32,000 nucleotides of DNA from Pseudothioglobus sp. nBUS_23. GTDB lineage: Bacteria > Pseudomonadota > Gammaproteobacteria > PS1 > Pseudothioglobaceae. The notes below the pieces were generated by a model. It worked only from the letters and a program-made list of their open reading frames with translations, was not told the DNA's origin and made no database searches. Where the stretch lies: positions 1,410,001 through 1,442,000 of the forward strand of contig NZ_CP179200.1 of NCBI RefSeq assembly GCF_051201565.1, in the 5' to 3' direction. The position numbers and the translations under genes were made by a program. This document shows, one piece after another, positions 7,900 through 14,139 of this stretch. Within the stretch, counting starts at the first letter, position 1, and each line of letters begins with the position of its first letter.

Positions 7900-8448
7900 T
7901 TAAATTTTCTCTTGAGACTTCAATAAGAACTGATTTTTAAATGTTGAGAGTCCTTTCATAACCTCAACATCCTTAATATCTTCGTTATTAAAGCAATGCT
8001 CTTCGAGAAAATTACTCAATGTATCGTCACTCTCTGATGCAATCTCAACAAGCAAATCATATCGACCAGTAACCCACATAATAAATACAATCTCATTGCA
8101 GCCTTCTAACCTCTTAGCAACCAAACTTGGACTTGAACTTGAGGCAACTTTTATTCCGAGCATTGAATCAGTTGAGTAGTTTATTGCAGAGCGATCAACT
8201 AGGGCTTTGATTTGCAAAACTCCAGCATCTTTCATACGGTTAACTCTATTTCTGACTGTGCCTTCTGAGATGTCTAGAGTATTTGCAATTTCCTTAAAAG
8301 GTAGCCTGCCATCTAACTCCAACAAGTCAATAATTTGCTGATTTAATTTATCCTTTAGCGTATCTCTGGTTGGTATACGAGCGTTTGCATCAGGATTCAT
8401 CTCAGTGTTTTGACTGAGATTTATTAAACGACTGCTTGAGCTACTCAT
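7900..8448 (-). CDS. AsnC/Lrp-family transcriptional regulator
   Basis: It has the HTH segment LLELDGRLPFKEIANTLDISEGTVRNRVNRMKDAGVLQ followed by an RAM-type effector domain (LVEIASESDD...). 182 aa from M1. The Ser-rich N-terminal roughly 30 aa is atypical, so the true start could be Met17 (8400). Confidence 0.8.
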   Translation of the reverse strand: MSSSSSRLINLSQNTEMNPDANARIPTRDTLKDKLNQQIIDLLELDGRLPFKEIANTLDISEGTVRNRVNRMKDAGVLQIKALVDRSAINYSTDSMLGIKVASSSSPSLVAKRLEGCNEIVFIMWVTGRYDLLVEIASESDDTLSNFLEEHCFNNEDIKDVEVMKGLSTFKNQFLLKSQEKI

Positions 8449-8454
8449 CGCTTT

Positions 8455-8862
8455 CTAGTTTTGTGGCATATCTTCTGGATCAATTCCAGGAACAAATGTA
8501 ATGCCTGCCTGTTGCTTCCAATCATGCGGGTAAGCTGCATAGAAAATAATACATTTCTCATCACACTCATAGGCAATTGAATTGTCTTTAGGGATATACA
8601 AAACATCTCCCGGATTGCACTCATAGGCAACGCCATCACAGGTTAGTCTGAACGTCCCTTCCATGCAATAAATAATCTCGTCACAGGTCAACTCCCATGG
8701 AACAGAAACTTCATTCAAAAAATTAAGTCCGCCACACATCGTATCACTGACTGCACTAGTAACGAAAGGCTTGATATAACTTTTACCCGGCTCAAGTGTA
8801 TGGAGGCGATGCTCAATTTCGCTAAATTTATAGAGCTTTGGTGTTTTATCTTTCATCATCAT
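8455..8862 (-). CDS. Small cupin, EutQ-like / cupin_3-like, lacking the HxH metal motif
   Basis: 135 aa. The C-terminal pattern PWELTCDEIIYCMEGTFRLTCDGVAYECNPGDVLYIPKDNSIAYE...YAAYPHDW follows the EutQ cupin pattern as I recall it (W.L.YDE..Y..EG.L.....G......GD..FIPKGS.I.F....YV.YP..W). There are three consecutive ATGs. SD spacing (AAGGA) favours the 2nd or 3rd (8859 or 8856). Confidence 0.55.
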   Translation of the reverse strand: MMMKDKTPKLYKFSEIEHRLHTLEPGKSYIKPFVTSAVSDTMCGGLNFLNEVSVPWELTCDEIIYCMEGTFRLTCDGVAYECNPGDVLYIPKDNSIAYECDEKCIIFYAAYPHDWKQQAGITFVPGIDPEDMPQN

Positions 8863-8865
8863 TCC

Positions 8866-9291
8866 TTATTCAGTTAATTCAAGTTTTTCATTCAGTTCAA
8901 CGACATAGCCATCGGGATCTTCAATAAAGGCTAGGATTCTTGTTCCCGCATTCATTGGCTTAGCTGGACTAAGAATCTTTGCACCGCTCGCCTCAAGGTC
9001 TTCGACAGCTTTGTAAACATCGGGTGTTTCTATACAAATATGGCCCCAGCCATTCCCTTTGTCATAGTGCACCTCTTGATCCCAATTGTGGGTTAGCTCT
9101 AGGGCTGGAAATTCCCTTTCAGGGCCATAACCTACAAAAGCATTTGTATACCGTCCGCCTGGATAATCAGTTTTTCTTAAAACCTGCATACCCAATATGT
9201 CACAATAAAATGCGATTGATTTATCTAGATCCAAGACCCTCATCATTGTGTGCGCTAATCTGTAGTCACTATTGAAACTTTCATTTGCCAT
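8866..9291 (-). CDS. gloA: Lactoylglutathione lyase (glyoxalase I)
   Basis: The 141-aa product aligns by eye along its length with E. coli GloA (LAHTMMRVLDLDKSIAFYCDILGM..LRK.....YTNAFVGYGPE....LELTHNW......G.G.GHI......V....E........AKP..GT..LAFIEDPDGY..EL). The four metal ligands (H, E, H, E) are retained. A strong SD (GAGGAG) is present. Confidence 0.88.
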   Translation of the reverse strand: MANESFNSDYRLAHTMMRVLDLDKSIAFYCDILGMQVLRKTDYPGGRYTNAFVGYGPEREFPALELTHNWDQEVHYDKGNGWGHICIETPDVYKAVEDLEASGAKILSPAKPMNAGTRILAFIEDPDGYVVELNEKLELTE

Positions 9292-9313
9292 AATTACTCC
9301 TCATAAATTAATA

Positions 9314-10414
9314 TTATTTTGTTACTGAATCAGCAATCATTTGCTGAAAAGCTCTGACGCTGTCTTCCCAAAAAGGGGATAACAATCCTCCATCCTTTGA
9401 AACTGAGGACAGTCTTCCAAGCTGCATCCTTTGACAGATTGCATGGTCTTCCTTGTGAACATCCCACCATAACTTCTTAATCTCTTCAATACTTTGATCT
9501 GAAACAGGATTGCCATCAGTTGTGTAAATTACCCTTTTCTGAAGGGTGTGGCCTGAATCGATTGGAACATTAAGGTAGACCCCAATCTGATCTGGGAAAT
9601 ATCTACCAATGATAAAATTAGGAAATAATGTCAAGTATCTGGAGCTGACCGAAAGACTGCCTTCAACCTTGTCCTTATCATCTAAGTCAATTGCACTGCC
9701 TACGCAAACGCCATCTACAATAGTGTAGTGGTCTTCGAGTGGCTGGTTTGTTGTCGTTCTATGGACAAATTGAACATGGTATGGCTCAATAAAGTTTTCC
9801 ATTAGGAACTTCCAATTCGTGTCTATTTCTCCAAAATCAAGAGTCGCAATGGGCTCTACTATTTGGAAATCAATATCTTTAAAATTATTAATTAACGGTT
9901 TGGCATACTCTTCAAAATCTTGCGCCTCGCCACTCAAATTAATAAAAATCCAATCGTTCCAGATTGCTGTTCTTACAGCCTGAAGTCCATGCTCAGACAT
10001 GTTAAAGCCTTCAGGTTGATGCTCTCTACCTCCAAAAAATGGAGTGGCACATAGATCACCATCCAAATTATAGGTCCATGAATGGTAGGGACATGAAAGC
10101 ATGGCCCCAACATTACACGACTCATCAATCAGTTTTAGGCATCGGTGAGAACAGGCATTGTGGAAGGCATTTATTTTCCCATCCATATTTTGAAGCAGAA
10201 TAATCGGCTGTCCTGCAACGGTAATTGGGATAGCATCTCCTGGATCTTTAAATTCATGAACAAAACCAGCAAAAACCCAATTATTTGTAAAGACGGTTTT
10301 ACTCTCTGCATCAAAAAACTCATCACTCGTATACGCCCAACTAGGAAGACCACGTTTTAGGTCGCTCTTCTTATTAAATGCAGACAAATTATTTTTGATA
10401 ATTGTTGTATCCAT
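9314..10414 (-). CDS. Rieske [2Fe-2S] non-heme-iron oxygenase alpha subunit (choline-monooxygenase/GbcA/CntA-like class), substrate unknown
   Basis: 366 aa. It has the Rieske motif CSHRCLKL-x17-CPYHSWTY and the catalytic-domain motif NWKFLMENFIEPYHVQFVH (NWK..EN..E.YH....H). Confidence 0.8.
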   Translation of the reverse strand: MDTTIIKNNLSAFNKKSDLKRGLPSWAYTSDEFFDAESKTVFTNNWVFAGFVHEFKDPGDAIPITVAGQPIILLQNMDGKINAFHNACSHRCLKLIDESCNVGAMLSCPYHSWTYNLDGDLCATPFFGGREHQPEGFNMSEHGLQAVRTAIWNDWIFINLSGEAQDFEEYAKPLINNFKDIDFQIVEPIATLDFGEIDTNWKFLMENFIEPYHVQFVHRTTTNQPLEDHYTIVDGVCVGSAIDLDDKDKVEGSLSVSSRYLTLFPNFIIGRYFPDQIGVYLNVPIDSGHTLQKRVIYTTDGNPVSDQSIEEIKKLWWDVHKEDHAICQRMQLGRLSSVSKDGGLLSPFWEDSVRAFQQMIADSVTK

Positions 10415-10443
10415 ACCTTAAATTTAAATATTTTAGTTTTGAG

Positions 10444-10449
10444 ATTATA
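10444..10449 (-). promoter_or_regulatory. Candidate -10 box (TATAAT on minus strand) for the 366-aa Rieske gene and the downstream array
   Basis: This is a perfect TATAAT reading on the minus strand, about 30 nt upstream of the ATG at 10414. The -35 position is occupied by the 10460-10474 palindrome rather than a TTGACA-like hexamer. The region is AT-rich, so a chance match is plausible. Confidence 0.3.
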
Positions 10450-10459
10450 GACCTAATTA

Positions 10460-10474
10460 TTACTTATTAAGTAA
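10460..10474. promoter_or_regulatory. Candidate operator: perfect 7-1-7 palindrome TTACTTA-T-TAAGTAA (imperfectly extendable to 10455-10480)
   Basis: Read directly from the sequence. It sits between the two divergent Rieske genes and overlaps the -35 position of the candidate minus-strand promoter. Confidence 0.3.
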
Positions 10475-10541
10475 ATAATTAACAATAAATTACCAATAAA
10501 TGCAATTTTTTAATAATAATTCATTAATATGTAATTATGTT

Positions 10542-10550
10542 TGGTATTAT
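10542..10550 (+). promoter_or_regulatory. Candidate extended -10 (TGgTATTAT) for the plus-strand Rieske/dehydrogenase pair
   Basis: TGGTATTAT matches the TGnTATAAT-type extended -10, about 43 nt upstream of the TTG start at 10593. There is no good -35. Confidence 0.25.
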
Positions 10551-10592
10551 TTGTGCAGAAAAATTTAACTTTTTTTAAAAAGGCTTTCGCAT

Positions 10593-11951
10593 TTGGATAA
10601 TGAAAAAAACAATATAGAGATTGAATTTAATGGCTTTTCTGGTTATGAATTAAAGCACTCTAAAGAGGTCGATGATGAAATTACACGCATTGGTCCAGGT
10701 ACAAAAGCTGGAGAATATTTAAGAAGATATTGGCACCCAATTTATATCTCATCAGAACTTACAGACCTTCCTGTAGCAATCAAAATCTTGGGTGAGGAAT
10801 TAGTTTTATTTCGTGACAAAAGTAAGCGACTTGGCCTAGTTCACAAACAGTGTCCACATCGCCAAGCCTCTCTTGAGTTTGGAATTTGTCAAACTCATGG
10901 AATCAGTTGCTGCTATCACGGCTGGCACTTTGATGTTGATGGAACAATTTTAGATGTTCCAGGCCAGTCTGAACACACTCAAGAAATCATTAAAGAGAAG
11001 GTTCAGCTCGGCGCGTATCCGACGCATGAATTCAAGGGACTTATTTTTGCCTACTTGGGTCCAAAAGAAAAGAGGCCTGAGTTTCCAATGTACGATAGTC
11101 TAAATTTTGATGACATGGAAATGGTTCCATACAAAGCCCCGTTTGATTGTAATTGGCTTCAAGTGCTCGATGCCATTGTCGACCCTATTCATACTGCTTT
11201 TCTTCACTCTAATATGAGTCGACAACAGTTCTCTGAGGGATTTGGTGAAGTTGGACAGATTGAATTTGTTGAGAGAGATAGCTGGATTCTTGGATGCAAT
11301 ACTAGAAGGGTTGGCGACAATGTTTGGTTCAGAATTAATGAAGTTATCCTCCCTAACTTTACTCAAGCAGGAGCGGCATTTGCTGCTGATGGAACCAAAC
11401 AACTGCTTTATGGTCGAAGTTCCTTTACAAGGTGGGTAGTCCCAATTGATGATGAGAGAACGATTTGCTATGCCTGGGCAAATTTTGGTGAACGTGGTGA
11501 TCCTCATAAATACAATACGCCAGAAGGGCCTGAGCTCATTGAGCAGGGAGAGATATTTGATAGACCTTATGAGGAGCGTCAAAGATTCCCTGCAGATAGA
11601 GAAGCGTGCGAGGGGATGGGTCCAATTAACATCCATAAAAACGAAAACCTGGTTGCCAGTGATCAGGGAGTTGCAATGATGCGTCAAAGAATAAGAGAAC
11701 AAATCAGAAGCCTTGCTGATGGCAAAGAACCCTACAAAGTGACCGATCTAAAAGAATCGCCAATACCAACTTATGGAGGTGATTCTGTTCTTAACATTCC
11801 AAAAAATGATGATAATGAGGACAGTTTCTTCAGTAAACTTGCCAAGGAGTTCATTAAAATTCAGTTTGAGGTTGATAGCAAAACTGAGGAAGAGAGAATT
11901 AAAATTGTCTCTGATAAACTAATTGAAATTCAATCAAGAGAGAGCTCGTAG
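10593..11951 (+). CDS. Rieske [2Fe-2S] non-heme-iron oxygenase (phthalate/vanillate-demethylase-type, alpha-only class), substrate unknown
   Basis: 452 aa. It has the Rieske motif CPHRQASL-x17-CCYHGWHF and the iron motif NWLQVLDAIVDPIHTAFLHS (N-W-x3-D-x2-D-x2-H-x4-H). The start is TTG, with no in-frame ATG before residue 175. AAAGG lies about 8 nt upstream. Confidence 0.8.
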   Translation: MDNEKNNIEIEFNGFSGYELKHSKEVDDEITRIGPGTKAGEYLRRYWHPIYISSELTDLPVAIKILGEELVLFRDKSKRLGLVHKQCPHRQASLEFGICQTHGISCCYHGWHFDVDGTILDVPGQSEHTQEIIKEKVQLGAYPTHEFKGLIFAYLGPKEKRPEFPMYDSLNFDDMEMVPYKAPFDCNWLQVLDAIVDPIHTAFLHSNMSRQQFSEGFGEVGQIEFVERDSWILGCNTRRVGDNVWFRINEVILPNFTQAGAAFAADGTKQLLYGRSSFTRWVVPIDDERTICYAWANFGERGDPHKYNTPEGPELIEQGEIFDRPYEERQRFPADREACEGMGPINIHKNENLVASDQGVAMMRQRIREQIRSLADGKEPYKVTDLKESPIPTYGGDSVLNIPKNDDNEDSFFSKLAKEFIKIQFEVDSKTEEERIKIVSDKLIEIQSRESS

Positions 11952-11962
11952 GTCAATAAGCT

Positions 11963-12991
11963 ATGCAGGGTAATAAAAAAATTAGAGTCCACTTTAAGAG
12001 TAATCATGCTGATCCTGATTCATTCCCTCCAACCATAGAGGGTGAAAGTGTATTTGCAATAACCCAAGAAAGATATCAAGCTGCAATTGAGAGCTATCCA
12101 GATCTAAAAGATAAGATTGATCCCGTTTTTGATTGGGATCTTGACAACTTTTATGAATCTATGAAAACTGCAGAGGTTTTAGTATGCTGGGATTTTCCGA
12201 CTGAAAATCTATCTGAAATTGCCCCTAATTTAAAGTGGATACATATCATTGGTGCTGGTGTTGAGCATTTATGCCCGATGGATTGGGTTCCTGAAAATGT
12301 CTCTGTTGTAAACAATAGAGGAGTTCATTCGGAGAAGGCTGGAGAGTTTGGGCTGATGAGCGTCTTGATGCTGCACACTCATATTCCTGAAATAGTCAGA
12401 AACCAACAGAGCAATCACTGGGAGTCTTTATACTCCTCTCCAATCATGGGAAAAACTCTGCTTGTTATTGGGGTTGGAAACATTGGTTATGCGGCAGCTC
12501 AAAAGTGCAAGCTACTTGGAATGAATGTGATTGGTGTGAGTCGTCACGGAAAGAATCTTGATGATGTTGACCGAATAGTCTCTCAAGATGAGCTCGATGA
12601 AGTACTTCCCCTCGCTGACTATATATTTATGTCAACACCAAACACACAGGAGACTTATAACCTTCTTGACAAAAGACGTCAATCATTAATGAAGCCTGGC
12701 GTAGGAATCATTAATGTTGGTAGAGCGGCAACAATGGACTATGATGCGCTTGTTGACAACTTGAACTCTGGCCACATTAAGGCGGCAATCATTGACGTTT
12801 TTGATCCTGAGCCATTGCCATCAGATTCTAAGCTGTGGACTACGCCTAACCTTATGGTTATGCCTCACATCTCAGCTGATGACGGTGACACCTATATCAC
12901 ATTGACGCTCGATTTGGTGATGATGAATATGCGCAGATACATTGCGAACGAGGGCCTAAACAATCTAGTGAACCCTGAGCTAGGTTACTAG
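11963..12991 (+). CDS. D-isomer-specific 2-hydroxyacid dehydrogenase family, NAD(P)-binding (hydroxypyruvate/glyoxylate-reductase-like)
   Basis: 342 aa. It has the Rossmann motif GVGNIGYAAAQ and the catalytic Arg/Glu/His pattern (VGRAATMDYDAL, IDVFDPEP, MPHISADD) typical of the family. It starts 11 nt after the Rieske gene stop, so the two are probably co-transcribed. Confidence 0.75.
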   Translation: MQGNKKIRVHFKSNHADPDSFPPTIEGESVFAITQERYQAAIESYPDLKDKIDPVFDWDLDNFYESMKTAEVLVCWDFPTENLSEIAPNLKWIHIIGAGVEHLCPMDWVPENVSVVNNRGVHSEKAGEFGLMSVLMLHTHIPEIVRNQQSNHWESLYSSPIMGKTLLVIGVGNIGYAAAQKCKLLGMNVIGVSRHGKNLDDVDRIVSQDELDEVLPLADYIFMSTPNTQETYNLLDKRRQSLMKPGVGIINVGRAATMDYDALVDNLNSGHIKAAIIDVFDPEPLPSDSKLWTTPNLMVMPHISADDGDTYITLTLDLVMMNMRRYIANEGLNNLVNPELGY

Positions 12992-14116
12992 TTCTCTGAA
13001 ATCCTCTGCGGCCTTTTGAGAAATACCTTTAAGGGAGCCATATGGGTCCTCGAAAGCCTTTTCAATTGAAAACTTTTCATTAACAATGCCGTATGAATTA
13101 GTTACATTGAACTTTTGATTAAAAGTTTTTGGATCATCAACTGAGCCTGCAATGACAAAAACTCTGCGGTTCAATTGGTTTGCATAATTAATAACGCCAA
13201 TTGGAGCCTTGCCTCTTTCGCTTTGAGAATCAATCCGGCCCTCTCCAGTAATGACAAGATCTGCATCCAATAAATTTTGATTAAAGTTGAGCGCCTCGAG
13301 CACAATATTAATTCCACTCTTGAGCTCTGAATTTATGAAAGCTGAAATGCCAAAACCTAGACCGCCAGCAGCACCAAAACCAGGCTGATCCTGCAACTGA
13401 CTGCCTAACTGAATTGAGATGATTCTGTAATAGTGAGCCATAATTGACTCTAGCTCTTCAATCATTTTACTGCTCGCCCCCTTTTGCTCTGCAAAAACTT
13501 TAGAAGCACCTTTTTCTCCAAGAAGGGGGTTATCTACATCACAGGCTATCTCGATAGCTGTGTTCTTTATACGCGTATCTATATGACTGAGATTGATATC
13601 AGATAACAAACTTAGAGTTTCAAAATGACCATTCAATTCATTTCCTTCAGAGTCCAAAAACTGAACACCTATTGCCCTTAAAAATCCATATCCACCATCA
13701 TTCGTAGCGCTTCCTCCAAGACCAATAATGATTTTTTTTGCTCCTTTATCTAGCGCTGCGATGACTAGCTGTCCGACTCCAAAACTGGAGGCAGCCATTG
13801 GGTTTCTTTTGTTTTCAGACACTAAATGTAGGCCACATGCTTCTGCAACCTCGATCACAGCTGTTTTTGAGTTTCCAAGCATCCCCCACTTCGCTCTTGT
13901 TGTATCACCCATTGGCCCTTCGACCTCTGAAAACTCAAAACTCCCATGAGTAGCGCTTACCATAGCATCAACGGTGCCTTCGCCTCCATCTGCGATTGGA
14001 ATCTTAATGATTTCAGCCTCTGGAAAAACATTTTGAAAGCCTGACTCAATAGCACTGGCAACCTCAAACGCTGTGAGCGTTTCTTTAAAAGAATCAGGAG
14101 CTATAACTATTTTCAT
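12980..14116 (-). CDS. Glycerate kinase (GlxK/GarK class I family)
   Basis: 378 aa. The N-terminus MKIVIAPDSFKETLTA is canonical, and IADGGEGT, GLGGSATNDGGYG and ITGEGRIDSQS motifs are characteristic of the GlxK/GarK family. No recognisable SD. Confidence 0.85.
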   Translation of the reverse strand: MKIVIAPDSFKETLTAFEVASAIESGFQNVFPEAEIIKIPIADGGEGTVDAMVSATHGSFEFSEVEGPMGDTTRAKWGMLGNSKTAVIEVAEACGLHLVSENKRNPMAASSFGVGQLVIAALDKGAKKIIIGLGGSATNDGGYGFLRAIGVQFLDSEGNELNGHFETLSLLSDINLSHIDTRIKNTAIEIACDVDNPLLGEKGASKVFAEQKGASSKMIEELESIMAHYYRIISIQLGSQLQDQPGFGAAGGLGFGISAFINSELKSGINIVLEALNFNQNLLDADLVITGEGRIDSQSERGKAPIGVINYANQLNRRVFVIAGSVDDPKTFNQKFNVTNSYGIVNEKFSIEKAFEDPYGSLKGISQKAAEDFRELVT

Positions 14117-14139
14117 AATGGAGAAATAATTTAGTTAGC

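Noticed and set aside
11100-11702. A 200-aa ORF antisense to the 452-aa Rieske gene. Similar long antisense or alternate-frame ORFs occur at 24267-24692, 27928-28317, 14550-14951, 29154-29525, 31408-31761 and 31664-31939.
   Set aside because: All lie entirely inside genes whose products carry unambiguous conserved motifs. Their translations are low-complexity or Leu/Ser/Lys-rich with no recognisable motifs and no SD. Such shadow ORFs are expected opposite coding sequence in AT-rich genomes.
13735-13742. Homopolymer runs of 8 nt inside coding regions (T8 at about 13735 in the glycerate kinase gene and T8 at about 31106-31113 in nuoC), considered as possible phase-variation or frameshift sites.
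   Set aside because: Both reading frames are intact across the runs, which encode ordinary Lys-Lys segments. Such runs are expected at this AT content.
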